Shown here piece after piece: positions 19,971-29,976 of a stretch of 64,000 bases of DNA. The notes beneath the pieces are model-generated. The model saw nothing but the letters and a program-made list of their open reading frames with translations, ran no database searches and had not been told where the DNA came from. Source of the DNA: an uncultured delta proteobacterium (GTDB taxonomy: Bacteria > Desulfobacterota > RBG-13-43-22); the NCBI GenBank assembly GCA_963790475.1, contig CAWBOS010000011.1:224001-288000 (forward strand), given 5' to 3'. Position 1 is the first letter of the stretch, and each line of letters opens with the position of its first letter. Made by a program: the position numbers and the translations under genes.

Positions 19971-20430
19971 TTTTATGAAATATATCCTGATCCTTTCTTT
20001 GCTGATGAACGCTTCCTTGCTTGGTGCTGCAGGGTACACACATTATAGACAGTCCCGCTATCGTATGGCCACACCGGATAATTGTCCTGCCCAAGGAAAT
20101 TATCTGTTCGAAGAGCTGTCCCTGAAACCGGAGCAAATAAAGCTCTTTCAGCAAAAAGCCGCCTTGTTCCACCGCGCCGTGGCTGAGAAGAAGAATGAAG
20201 TAAATCAGCTCAGGACTTCCCTCGTCGCCCTCATGAGGGTAGATCACACCGATAACCTGGCAATCGAAAGGACGATAGCCCATATCAATAAAATACAGGA
20301 AGAGATGCAGAATACGGTCGTTTCTCACATGCTCGAATTCAAATCCATGCTTGACCGGAAGCAGCAAAAAAAATTCCTTGATCTGGTCGAGGGCTCCATG
20401 TCCCAGCACAGGGAGGCGGTGTGTCCATGA
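19960..20430 (+). CDS. Spy/CpxP/ZraP-like periplasmic protein
   Basis: N-terminal anchor; LSLKPEQ and LDRKQQ (LTxxQ-like) motifs. Confidence 0.75.
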   Translation: MKNNFMKYILILSLLMNASLLGAAGYTHYRQSRYRMATPDNCPAQGNYLFEELSLKPEQIKLFQQKAALFHRAVAEKKNEVNQLRTSLVALMRVDHTDNLAIERTIAHINKIQEEMQNTVVSHMLEFKSMLDRKQQKKFLDLVEGSMSQHREAVCP

Positions 20431-20894
20431 TTCCAATAACAGCGCCTTTGACCCCAAATCAGACGGTAATCCCGAATAAGAAGAATCGAATGAGACTATT
20501 TCTCGGCATACTGGTCTTGACGGCCTTGTGTCTTGGCATCAATGCCATAGCCGCAGGCATTCCGCATGCCGAAGTGCTTTATATGAACCACGGCCCAATG
20601 CAGCCTACAATCAGAGAGCTAAAAACCGTCTTCGCGAATTACGGGGATAAGATCGCCGTTTCCTGGTACGACATCGATACCGGAGAGGCACAACAATTCG
20701 CCGCCAGGAAGGGCCTCCACGAACATATCCCCTTAAACATCTGGATAGACGGGTCCCAGACCATCAAACTGGCCCAGAGGACGGTAAGATTCTCCGGTTT
20801 CCCTTCAGGCTCGGGGCCTAAACCTTTTCAGGGAGATTGGACCATGCAGGATCTGAGGGCCGCGATCGACCAGGCAATTTCAAGAAAGAGGTAA
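20427..20894 (+). CDS. Exported thioredoxin-fold-like protein without CxxC
   Basis: Hydrophobic signal segment; VSWYDID...HIPLNIWIDG pattern. Confidence 0.45.
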   Translation: MIPITAPLTPNQTVIPNKKNRMRLFLGILVLTALCLGINAIAAGIPHAEVLYMNHGPMQPTIRELKTVFANYGDKIAVSWYDIDTGEAQQFAARKGLHEHIPLNIWIDGSQTIKLAQRTVRFSGFPSGSGPKPFQGDWTMQDLRAAIDQAISRKR

Positions 20895-20897
20895 CCC

Positions 20898-22163
20898 GTG
20901 TTTAGGACGAAAATTGAACAGATAATAACAAGGATCACCGCACGCATCAGCATAGTTGTCTTCTTCGTGATGGCCTTCGAAATCATGATCATGATAAGCC
21001 CCTTTGCCTTTTTCTTTTATTCTGTTTTCAATCCCATTTTCCACTTTCTTGACAGTTGGGCGGCCACAAGGTGGCTGACCACGTTCTTCCTGCCCCACAT
21101 GATTTTGCCCCCGACTCTGTTCCTCAAGGCGGTGCGCGTTTTCGGCTCCATCTGCTTTGTAGCAGGCTCCCTGACCTTTGTCATCTGCGCCCTGCAGGTA
21201 TATCTGGGGAAAATCTTTAAATGGGGGATAGTTTCCAAGGGCCTTTATCGTTATATCCGTCATCCCCAGTATACCGCCCTGGGTGTATGGGGCATTGGGA
21301 TGAGCATACTGTGGCCCCGATACATCGTCCTGGCCAGCTTGTCCGTCATGTTTATTCTTTACTATTTTTTGGCCAGGGACGAAGAGAAGAGAATGATAAA
21401 TCAGTACGGCAGGTCCTATGAAGTCTATAAGGACCGGACGGGCATGTTTGCACCGAAAGGGATTGAGAGATATTTCCCGGTTTTCCCTGGAAATTCGTTG
21501 CGGTACGCGGTTATTCCATTGTCGGTATTACTCGTGGTCATTGGATGTGGTTTCGTTCTTCGCGAGGTTACGCTGCACTCGCTTGCCTTCGAAGCCAGAG
21601 GCAATATTACCCTTGTCCCTGTTCTTCCCGAGGACAGAGCGCTGAGCGGCGCCATATTATCCGGCCTGCTGAGAAATAATCGGGTCACCGAAGCTGGCCT
21701 TGCGGCAGATAGAGACTACTTAGGATATGTCATGCCGGGGGATTACATCATGCAGGGTATGATTGCCGACACTGGGAGCGAATTCCATCTCTACAAGAAG
21801 CATCACACCGTGGCCATGATTACCGAATGGGTACTCCATCCCTTCCAGCATTTGAGGAGCTCGCCTTCGCTCCACATGGCGCAGATGTTCCATGTTGATC
21901 CCGCCGTTGCCAGGAGGCACCACTGCCCGATCCCTGTCAAAGAGAATAATGGGGTCTGTGATACCTGTAGTTACCGAAGGGTGGCTTTGGTTGAAATCGA
22001 CCACCCTGGAGGACATATTTCCGGCTACCGGCTCCTGGGTGTGAATGCTACCAGGGTGCCGATAAGCTTCGTGGACATCAACGTGAAGACTGGCGAGATC
22101 GCCGAAATCGTGCGCGTCAAGAAGGCAACGGCCTGGGAAGAGGTGCCGACGCCGGCCATTTAA
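20898..22163 (+). CDS. ICMT/PEMT-like membrane protein with soluble Cys/His-containing C-terminal domain
   Basis: GLYRYIRHPQY and EEKRM...YG..YE.Y motifs; several TM helices. Confidence 0.7.
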   Translation: MFRTKIEQIITRITARISIVVFFVMAFEIMIMISPFAFFFYSVFNPIFHFLDSWAATRWLTTFFLPHMILPPTLFLKAVRVFGSICFVAGSLTFVICALQVYLGKIFKWGIVSKGLYRYIRHPQYTALGVWGIGMSILWPRYIVLASLSVMFILYYFLARDEEKRMINQYGRSYEVYKDRTGMFAPKGIERYFPVFPGNSLRYAVIPLSVLLVVIGCGFVLREVTLHSLAFEARGNITLVPVLPEDRALSGAILSGLLRNNRVTEAGLAADRDYLGYVMPGDYIMQGMIADTGSEFHLYKKHHTVAMITEWVLHPFQHLRSSPSLHMAQMFHVDPAVARRHHCPIPVKENNGVCDTCSYRRVALVEIDHPGGHISGYRLLGVNATRVPISFVDINVKTGEIAEIVRVKKATAWEEVPTPAI

Positions 22164-22232
22164 TGCCTCCCTCCTCGAAAATTTGGCTTCGGCACAGGCA
22201 GGCTTAAAAGATAATTTGTCGTAAATTCAACA

Positions 22233-23384
22233 ATGATCTCTCCTTCCCTATCCACCCTTTTTCTGTCATTTCTTCGATTAGGCCTGACCGCTTTTGGCGG
22301 TCCGGCCATGATCGCCCACATTAAGGAGCTTTCGGTTAAAAAGAAAAAGTGGTTGAACGATGGAATTTTCAACCAGGGGATAGTCCTCTGTCAATCCATC
22401 CCCGGGGCCACGGCCATGCAAATGGCAGGCTTTGTGGGACTGAGGATAAAGGGGATCAGGGGAGCCCTGGCCTCTTATCTCGGTTTCGGACTGCCGGCCT
22501 TTGCCTTAATGCTGGCCTTTTCCATTTTATACGTCACTTATCATGATCTTCCCTTTGTCCACTCTTTTTTCTCTGGACTTCAGGTCATTGTGGTGGCCAT
22601 TATTGCCCAGGCCACCTATTCCTTCGGGAAAAGTATCTCCAATCGTTATCAAAATATTATAATTGCCATAGCCGCAGCCGGCTCCCTGGGGATCGGGATC
22701 AGCCCCTTTTTGGTCATACCAGGAGCCGGATTGGTCAGTATTTTTTTATATAGAAATACCAAGCACCCACCAGTGTCGGATCGAAAAGCGGAGCCCTGGA
22801 AGATCAAACCCATCATCTTCCTTTTATTAATCCCAATAGCCGGGTTGATAGCCCTTTATTTTTTGAACATCAAGTCGTTGGGTTTGTCCCTCCTGATGAT
22901 GAAGATCGATCTATTCGCCTTCGGGGGCGGGTTCACTTCCCTGCCTTTGATGCTGCATGAGGTGGTGGAGGTGCGGGGTTGGATTGACGAAAAAACTTTT
23001 ATGAACGGTATTGCCCTGGGCCAGGTCACCCCCGGGCCGATTGTTATTACGGCTACATTTGTGGGCTACCTATTGTTTGGTTTATTGGGCTCTCTGGTCG
23101 CCACCATCTCCATATTTACCCCCTCCTTTTTAATAATGGTAATCATAAATCCAGTATTCGATCGATTAAAATCATCGCCCCTATTTTTGAAGGCCACTCA
23201 GGGCATCCTGGCCTCCTTTGTCGGACTGCTTTTTTATGTCCTTATTAAATTTGCCCTGGCCGTTCCTTGGGATATCCTTCGAATCCTCTTTTGCCTTGCC
23301 GCTTTGATAGCCCTGATTAAAAAAATAGATCTCCTCTATATCGTCCTAACCGGGGGTATCATTTCTATCTGGTTGTTTTCTTAA
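22233..23384 (+). CDS. chrA: Chromate efflux transporter (long-chain CHR)
   Basis: AFGGP, QSIPG, AFGGG and QVTPGP in two homologous halves. Confidence 0.88.
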   Translation: MISPSLSTLFLSFLRLGLTAFGGPAMIAHIKELSVKKKKWLNDGIFNQGIVLCQSIPGATAMQMAGFVGLRIKGIRGALASYLGFGLPAFALMLAFSILYVTYHDLPFVHSFFSGLQVIVVAIIAQATYSFGKSISNRYQNIIIAIAAAGSLGIGISPFLVIPGAGLVSIFLYRNTKHPPVSDRKAEPWKIKPIIFLLLIPIAGLIALYFLNIKSLGLSLLMMKIDLFAFGGGFTSLPLMLHEVVEVRGWIDEKTFMNGIALGQVTPGPIVITATFVGYLLFGLLGSLVATISIFTPSFLIMVIINPVFDRLKSSPLFLKATQGILASFVGLLFYVLIKFALAVPWDILRILFCLAALIALIKKIDLLYIVLTGGIISIWLFS

Positions 23385-23439
23385 CGTATTTCCCTACACG
23401 AAGTTGCAATCGAATAGAAAAAAGGAAGTTCTTTTGACT

Positions 23440-23575
23440 TTGACCGCAAGTTTTTTCATTTTCGGAATAACCTTAATGGCTTCCGGGTTTTATTACCGGA
23501 CCCCCATCCCGATCCAGCCCATGAAAGCCATCGGAGCTGCGGCCATAGCCGGAGGCATCAGCCCGGGAGCCCATG
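23440..23575 (+). pseudogene. Internal fragment of a MOT1-type molybdate/sulfate transporter
   Basis: FGITLMASGFYYRTPIPIQPMKAIGAAAIA matches the P.P.QPMK motif; the rest of the gene is absent. Confidence 0.6.
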
Positions 23576-23949
23576 AACCTTTTTAAGCAATATTATAGCC
23601 AGTAATGGTCAATTTTATGATATACCTTCTTGAAACATTTGTAGAGGGTTAATTGGGAGGAGAAGACAATTTTTCAAGTAATTTAAAGTACTTCTTCCTT
23701 GTAATCCTCAAACTTCCATTCTTGAAAAACACAAGAGTTCAAAACTAATCGTCGATAAGAGGGCCTTAATATTTGGTGAACTTAGAAACGGCAGCGGCAT
23801 GGTGTAGCGGGTCATATTTTCTATGGCCTTTTTTTTTGAGATAGATTCTTGGACCATAGAAGACTTGAAAACCGGAGTGTTTCCAGTATTTCAGCAGATT
23901 TATATAATGGGGTATGATTTTACCTTTTCTGAATTATACTATGCCAGTC

Positions 23950-23979
23950 TGCGGGACCCCTTTTTGATGGGGTCCCGCA
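23950..23979 (-). terminator. Hairpin after the DUF35 gene
   Basis: tgcgggacccc-tttttgat-ggggtcccgca, perfect 11-bp stem. Confidence 0.6.
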
Positions 23980-23986
23980 TTAACCA

Positions 23987-24577
23987 CTAAAAAGAAAATC
24001 CCTTCGGCAATTGGTTCTCTTTCGTACCGTCAGGTACCCAGGCCATGTCCAAAATGGTATAGGTCGGGTCCAGCTTCTGGAAGATAGGGACCACGCGCAT
24101 GCCGATTTCCGGCTCGCCGACCGCCAGATAACTGAACAGAATCGTGACTACTCCGTCAAATTCGATATTGACGAATTTAATGGGTTTATCCAAAAAATTG
24201 AAGGCTCCCGACCGTTCGCATACCATGAAGGTGTGCACCTTAGCTGTTTTCTTGGCAAGATCGGTCATGTCGATGACCGTGTTTTTGCTAAGGCAATCCG
24301 GGCAATAGATTCTGAAGGGCTGGTAAATAGAGCCTGTGGTCTCGCATTTTGGGTTTTCACAGCGCGTACCCATCAGTTTTCCTTTGCTCAAATTCTCAAA
24401 AAAAGGAGCTTCACCACCGTAGGAATGGATGTGGGTCAACTGCCGGGGATTAGTGATCCCGATCAGCCGCCAGTCTTCTTCAGCGAGGCGGATGGGTTGA
24501 CCCAACTCAAGGTGGTGAAAATCACCTTTTATCTTATACTGTCCTTTTTTAACATATACTTGTCCTATCATGCTCAT
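23987..24577 (-). CDS. DUF35-type Zn-ribbon + OB-fold protein
   Basis: KLMGTRC...C...CPDC and EPEIGMRV; directly downstream of the thiolase-like gene. Confidence 0.85.
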   Translation of the reverse strand: MSMIGQVYVKKGQYKIKGDFHHLELGQPIRLAEEDWRLIGITNPRQLTHIHSYGGEAPFFENLSKGKLMGTRCENPKCETTGSIYQPFRIYCPDCLSKNTVIDMTDLAKKTAKVHTFMVCERSGAFNFLDKPIKFVNIEFDGVVTILFSYLAVGEPEIGMRVVPIFQKLDPTYTILDMAWVPDGTKENQLPKGFSF

Positions 24578-24590
24578 AGTCGTTTCTCCT

Positions 24591-26027
24591 CTACGCGTCC
24601 TTTTTAATTAATTTATCGGGGTCCATCAATATCGTGCAGGTTACATGAGACCCAACACCGGCATGGCTGATGGCCAGTGCCCGCTTGGCGCCCTTGACCT
24701 GCAGGTCGGTCCAGTCCGCAGGTTTCTGACGATTAAACTCCTTCCATCTCTTCTCATCGCCGTGGATCTCCCCCCAACGGTTCCAGAGGTGGCAGGCGAT
24801 CTCGAAGACTTGCATGATACCCGTCGCGCCGACTGCGTGCATGCAGCCGATGAGCCCGCCGGAAAGGTTGGATGGAAGCTTGCCCGGTTTTCCGGTTTTC
24901 GGGTTCGTGTGATAACAGTCGCCCGACTCGACGTAGTCCCGACCGTAGCCGTAGGGCCTGAGACCGATGTCCTCATAGGTCTGCATGTCGCTGATGGTGA
25001 AGGCGTCATGGAGCTCGATCACGTCCAGGTCTTCCGTCGGATCTTTAATGCCGACCTGATTATAGGCGTAATAGGCTGCCATACGGGCTGCGAGGAAACC
25101 GGTGAAACCGGGATAGCGCTCGCCGCCGGGAAACTTCTTGCCCAGATCCTTATATTGATCCGCCGTCTCGTTAGGCAGGAGGGGGATTTCCATGTCTCGC
25201 CGGTCTGCCGCCCGCAGGGTATGCGAGCCCGCGGTAACCCACATCCGCAGAGGCTTGTTGGGCGTATTCTTGGTCAGTTTCATCGCCGTTGCCTCATCGC
25301 AGATGATCGTACAGGCGACGCCGACACTCATGAGGCAGCAGTCCAGGGTACGCAGGGGGTAGGCCACAATCGGTGATTTCAACACGTCTTCCACGGTGAT
25401 CTTCATCGGCGCCTGGGCGTAAGGGTTCATGCGCGCGTATCCGTGGTGCTTCACGGCAATCTCCGCCATGGTCCTCCGGAATGAGTCCTCTTCCTTACCG
25501 AAGACCTTCCAGTATTTCTGGGCCATGACCGCGTAATATCCGGCATAGATATGGCCCAGGGGCCCTTCCCAGTCCTTGTCAGCCGCACAGGAAATATAAA
25601 AGTTACCTTCATCGGTGGGGACCTCGTCCATCCGCTCCCAGCCCATGGCCAGGCAGCAATTGGAGTATCCGGAGGCGACCGCCTTCAAAGCTTCCCACAT
25701 GGTCGTTCCGCCGGTGGCCCCGCCGGTCTTGACCCCGCAGTTGCCAAGCGGGTCGAGCCCAAGCCGGTCATGGATCAAGGCTTCGCCCAGGAGCTGATCA
25801 CCGAAGTGGTCGGCAAAGTGTCCGTAGTAGCAGGTGTGGATGTAGCTCTTCAACTCGGCGGGGGTCATGTTGATCAACTCCGCCGCCTGGGTCAGGGCGT
25901 CGATAGCGAGTTCCTCGGTCCGCTTGTCCGGAAAAGCCCGGTCGAATTTCGACTGGCCGGCGGTTACCAGGTAGACCGGCCTCATCAGTTTTGGAATTGC
26001 TAATTGTTTGTCGCTGAATTTAATCAT
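24591..26027 (-). CDS. SCP2-type thiolase-like protein
   Basis: AVKHHGYARMNPYAQ, PLRTLDCC, IELHDAF, NLSGGLI and HAVGATG. Confidence 0.85.
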   Translation of the reverse strand: MIKFSDKQLAIPKLMRPVYLVTAGQSKFDRAFPDKRTEELAIDALTQAAELINMTPAELKSYIHTCYYGHFADHFGDQLLGEALIHDRLGLDPLGNCGVKTGGATGGTTMWEALKAVASGYSNCCLAMGWERMDEVPTDEGNFYISCAADKDWEGPLGHIYAGYYAVMAQKYWKVFGKEEDSFRRTMAEIAVKHHGYARMNPYAQAPMKITVEDVLKSPIVAYPLRTLDCCLMSVGVACTIICDEATAMKLTKNTPNKPLRMWVTAGSHTLRAADRRDMEIPLLPNETADQYKDLGKKFPGGERYPGFTGFLAARMAAYYAYNQVGIKDPTEDLDVIELHDAFTISDMQTYEDIGLRPYGYGRDYVESGDCYHTNPKTGKPGKLPSNLSGGLIGCMHAVGATGIMQVFEIACHLWNRWGEIHGDEKRWKEFNRQKPADWTDLQVKGAKRALAISHAGVGSHVTCTILMDPDKLIKKDA

Positions 26028-26194
26028 AGATCAATTACCTCTTCTTTCTAGTTTCTACTTTTTATCGTTTTATTTGTCTCTTCTTGCCATTTTGCCTACT
26101 ACGGCCTTCCTTGCTCTTCTTCCATACCGCCGGCCACCATAAAAACCCTTCGATTCCATTTGGGAGCCCGCAAATTTCCTTTCTAAAAATGTTA

Positions 26195-26815
26195 TCATCC
26201 CTGATTCTCCTTTTCAATTTTTAGTTGACTAATATAAAATTTAAGTTGACTAATGGTTTGCTTCCATATGTCCGGATCTCTTCCAGCTGAATAGAGTGTA
26301 ACGGCCCCATTAATGGAAATCACGATGAAATCGGCGATTTCCTTAAAGTTAAGTCCTTTTTTCACCAGACCCTTTTTATCCGCCTCCTCCAGCCAGGAGT
26401 GAAACAACCGGGAAAAACGGATAAATCCCCGGAGGACCTTTTTACTCATGGGGGCTGATTGCCCCGAAAGCTCAACCAGCATATTAGCAAAAAAACACCC
26501 CCCCTCGAAAACATCGGCTCCCAGATAGTTTTTCAAGGCGTTTTCAATGGTTTTTTCTATGCGTTTAAGGGGATCGGCGGTCTTTCTGACATCCTTGAAC
26601 ACAATGCCTCTCCAAATCATTACGGCCTCTTCATAAACGGCATTCCAGATGGCTTCCTTGCTCCGGAAATGACCGTAGAGTCCTCCCTTAGTTAGATGGG
26701 TGGCCTCCAAGATATTGCAAATGGAGGTATTGAAATATCCTTTAACGGAAAAGAGCTGCAGAGATTTATTTACAATCTGTTGGCGGGTTTGGATTCCTTT
26801 GGTTCCCATATTCAA
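26195..26815 (-). CDS. TetR/AcrR-family regulator
   Basis: LF..KGY..TS...I.EA...TKGGLYGHF.SKE and GC motif. Confidence 0.9.
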   Translation of the reverse strand: MNMGTKGIQTRQQIVNKSLQLFSVKGYFNTSICNILEATHLTKGGLYGHFRSKEAIWNAVYEEAVMIWRGIVFKDVRKTADPLKRIEKTIENALKNYLGADVFEGGCFFANMLVELSGQSAPMSKKVLRGFIRFSRLFHSWLEEADKKGLVKKGLNFKEIADFIVISINGAVTLYSAGRDPDIWKQTISQLKFYISQLKIEKENQG

Positions 26816-27189
26816 TTGATCTCCTCAATAAAAAGCAGAACGGTTGGTATATTTTTGCATAGGAAGAAAATTTGTCAAGAAAAAATCGGCCTCAGGAATT
26901 TAATGAAAGTATAAATCGTAATTCGGAAGGATAACCAAATAAAATGGACCCGTCCAAGCCTACTCCCTGATAGACCAGGTTCATGAGTTGCTCATCCATA
27001 TGGTTAAACTTTCCCTAATTTCTATAGGAAGGATTAGGAGAATAATTTGACAGAAGGGGTTTTGTTATAAGATAATTGCTCAAGGGATCAATGGGGTAAT
27101 CGCCGAGCAATGAGGCCGGTACAGGTGAAAGCGGTATCTGCTCAAGGCGAGAGGTTTATTAATCCACATCCAAAAGGAGGAGGAAACCC

Positions 27190-28410
27190 ATGAGAAGCAA
27201 ACGAATTATTAGTTTTTTGTGCCTTGTTTTAGGTCTTTTTTTGATTAACGGCCCGGCCTTTGGCAAAGGCCAATACGGCCCCGGGGCAAGCGACACCGAA
27301 ATCAAAATCGGTAACACGATGGCCTACAGCGGCCCGGCCTCGGCCTATGCAACCATCGCTAAAGCGGAAGGGGCTTATTTCAAAATGATTAACGACCAAG
27401 GCGGGATCAACGGGCGGAAAATCATTTTTCTCAGCTATGATGACGCCTACAGCCCTCCCAAATGTGTGGAACAGGTGCGCCGACTTGTGGAGCAGGATCA
27501 GGTCCTATTATTGTTTCAGGTTTTAGGCACCGCTAATAACAAGGCCATTTGGAATTATTGTAACATGAAAAAGGTGCCCCAACTATTTGTGGGTTCCGGG
27601 GCCACTATGTGGGCGGATCCCAAGGGGCACCCCTGGACCATAGGTTCACAGCCCGACTACCAGAGTGAAGGACTCATCTATGCCAAGTACATCCTTGAGC
27701 ATCTGCCCAAGGCCAAGATAGGAATTTTATATCAGAACGATGATTTCGGAAAGGACTTGAGGAAAGGCATATTGGACGGCCTGGGCAGCAAGGCGAAAAG
27801 TTTAATTGTTGCCGAACAGTCTTATGAAGTTTCTGATCCCACCGTGGATTCACAAATTGTCAATTTAAAAAACAGCGGGGCCAATGTCTTTCTCAATTTT
27901 ACCACCCCCAAGTTTGCCGCCATGGCCATCAAAAAGGCCTATGAAATCGGCTGGAAACAGGTCCAATTCATCGCGCGGGTATCCAACTCTGAGGGTTCGG
28001 TGCTGAAACCGGCCGGGCTTGAGGCCTCTGAAGGCGCCTTGTCCCTCTTCTATCTGAAAGACCCGGACGACCCCGAGTGGAAAAATGATCCGGCCATTAA
28101 AGAATGGCAGGCTTGGATGAAGAAATACTACCCCGAGGGAAACATTCACGATATTTTCAATGTTTTTGGTGTCACTCAAGCCCAGGCCATGGTCCAGGTC
28201 CTCAAACAGTGTGGCGATGACCTGACCAGAGAAAATGTCATGAGACAGGTGGCCAATCTCAAAAACCTGGCGTTGCCCCTGTTTCTGCCGGGGATAAAGA
28301 TCAATACCAGCCCGACGGACTTTACCGTTTTTAAGCAAATGCAGTTTGGTAAATTTAATGGGCAGCGGTGGGTATTATTCGGCAGAATACTTGAGACCTC
28401 ATCGAGATAG
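27190..28410 (+). CDS. Branched-chain amino acid-type ABC substrate-binding protein (no permeases adjacent)
   Basis: Signal peptide, YSGPAS, INDQGGINGRKI, DDAYSPPK and QNDDFG; SD aggagg. Confidence 0.88.
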   Translation: MRSKRIISFLCLVLGLFLINGPAFGKGQYGPGASDTEIKIGNTMAYSGPASAYATIAKAEGAYFKMINDQGGINGRKIIFLSYDDAYSPPKCVEQVRRLVEQDQVLLLFQVLGTANNKAIWNYCNMKKVPQLFVGSGATMWADPKGHPWTIGSQPDYQSEGLIYAKYILEHLPKAKIGILYQNDDFGKDLRKGILDGLGSKAKSLIVAEQSYEVSDPTVDSQIVNLKNSGANVFLNFTTPKFAAMAIKKAYEIGWKQVQFIARVSNSEGSVLKPAGLEASEGALSLFYLKDPDDPEWKNDPAIKEWQAWMKKYYPEGNIHDIFNVFGVTQAQAMVQVLKQCGDDLTRENVMRQVANLKNLALPLFLPGIKINTSPTDFTVFKQMQFGKFNGQRWVLFGRILETSSR

Positions 28411-28419
28411 CTTAAAGGC

Positions 28420-28440
28420 GCGGGCCATTATTTGGCCCGC
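28420..28440 (+). terminator. Hairpin after the substrate-binding protein gene
   Basis: gcgggcca-ttatt-tggcccgc. Confidence 0.5.
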
Positions 28441-28745
28441 TATCATTTCTAAAGAATATGAGTGAAGGTGAATGAAATTCTGGATTCACAAAAAGATGAG
28501 GAAGAGAAAGAGGAAGGGAGACTTAAGCGGAAAAATTTTATAACAAGAAGTGTTAGAAACGACCAAAAATGTAACTTGTTTTCCTTCCCTTTTCCGGCTC
28601 ATGCGTTGGGGTAACAGGTTAACAGGTAATGAGTTATAACAAAATAGGTGAAGTCCTCTCCCATTTAGAATCTACCAGCTCTTCTCATACCTCCTGCAAA
28701 TAGAACCTATCCGGGCTAATCTTGTCCATCTTGCGGAGGTCAAAA

Positions 28746-28972
28746 TGAAAAGACCAATTCTCCTTTTTTATCTTTTTACGGTTCTTGTTTTATTGCTCAT
28801 CCCTTCTTTGTATATTCCCTAAACCTGACCTTTAACAATACCCCCACCCAAGTCTATTTCAGCCCTAACGGGGGATGCACTGAGGTTGTTATTCGGGAGA
28901 TCGACCGAGCCAAGTCAGAAATCGTAGTCCAAGCCTACTCCTTCACCTCCCAGCCAATAGCCAAGGCCCTAC
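28746..28972 (+). pseudogene. 5' fragment of a Nuc-like phospholipase D family nuclease
   Basis: ...TQVYFSPNGGCTEVVIREIDRAKSEIVVQAYSFTSQPIAKAL; signal region disrupted; truncated before HKD at repeat A copy 2. Confidence 0.75.
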
Positions 28973-28979
28973 GAGCGCC

Positions 28980-29325
28980 GACGACCGCCTGGCTGATGGC
29001 ATTATGCAGGTCCGCCGGGTCCTCGTCCAGGTCAGGCCCGGTTATGACGGGGTTTACGGGCAGGTAAAAATATTCAAAAATGATGTTCCCCCTCCCAAAC
29101 CTTCCTGTTAACTAAATCTTTTTTAGCCGCATTACTTACCAGAGCCTTTCAAAATCCCTTCAATCCCCGGAGATCCTATCTTTCAATGGTCCTAGTTCCG
29201 CCCTCCCATGTTCTTTCCTGTGTAATAGTTTTCTCTTAACGATGAATGCTCAACGCCAAACCTTCTTCCTCTCTTTCCCCTCTTTTCTTTTTTAGTAAAC
29301 TTTCTGGCCAACTGAAGGGTTTAGG
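28980..29325 (+). repeat. Repeat A, copy 2 (endoQ 3' end + tail)
   Basis: Reads DDRLADGIMQVRRVLVQVRPGYDGVYGQVKIF; 8 differences in the 96-nt core versus the resident gene. Confidence 0.9.
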
Positions 29326-29460
29326 TGAAAACTGAGCAGATATCCTTTTTTTGAATAAATAAGCATTCGGCCCTTTTAGCTGTTTTAACAAGTTTATTTT
29401 ATGCGTCAATTTGTAAGATCAAAATTCAAAAATAGACTTGAGCCTTTCACAGAAGTAAAA

Positions 29461-29670
29461 CCCAACCCCTTTATAGGAAACTTATCGCGCTTTTGTAAAA
29501 AGAAATACTCAATAAGAGAAAAGGGAGAGCCAATAAGAATAATTCAAGGAGCAAAACCGGAAGGGAGATTGTCTAATCAACTACCTATCAGATGTATAAC
29601 ATAATAAAATAATTGTATATATTTACAAATTATTTGGAAAACAACCGAATGGCATAAAGATTGCTTTATC
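29461..29670 (+). repeat. Repeat D, copy 1 (sigma54 leader region)
   Basis: Colinear with 48451-48650; shared ggaaacttatcgcgc; a further shared block at 29353-29400 matches 48684-48732. Confidence 0.7.
29650..29665 (+). promoter_or_regulatory. Sigma54 -24/-12 promoter
   Basis: TGGCATAAAGATTGCT (GG-N10-GC), upstream of the Rhs gene. Confidence 0.75.
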
Positions 29671-29976
29671 AACTAACTTGTTTGTTTGATATTTTTTAGG
29701 TCTTAAGCTTTCTTCCCTTTAAATACCCTTCACTCATATTTTGTGAAGTTAACATTTCTTTGCTTGTTGATATAGGTTTCCGGGCCTTATTGCCGATTGA
29801 AGTGATAGCTTAGCAAACATTTCTTTTTTTGAAAGAATAAGTATTAAATTTTTGTTGTTTTGATTAGTAAGTTTTCCCAGGGCTGGAGCAAAAGCAGGAA
29901 AATTCTATTAATCCTGATGGACAGATTTTTCTTCAGTTCAAGCAATTTAAATTTATTTTTTTTAAAGCGAGGTCCT

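Noticed and set aside
23586-23601. Minus-strand sigma54-like motif TGGCTATAATATTGCT
   Set aside because: It points antisense into the transporter fragment and chrA with no gene to drive; may be a remnant or chance match
11678-25376. Long antisense or alternate-frame ORFs over thiD, thiC, endoQ and the thiolase
   Set aside because: Shadow ORFs of well-supported genes with no recognisable motifs
27100-27150. Hammerhead ribozyme
   Set aside because: GAAA and possible stems are present but the CUGANGA core is not
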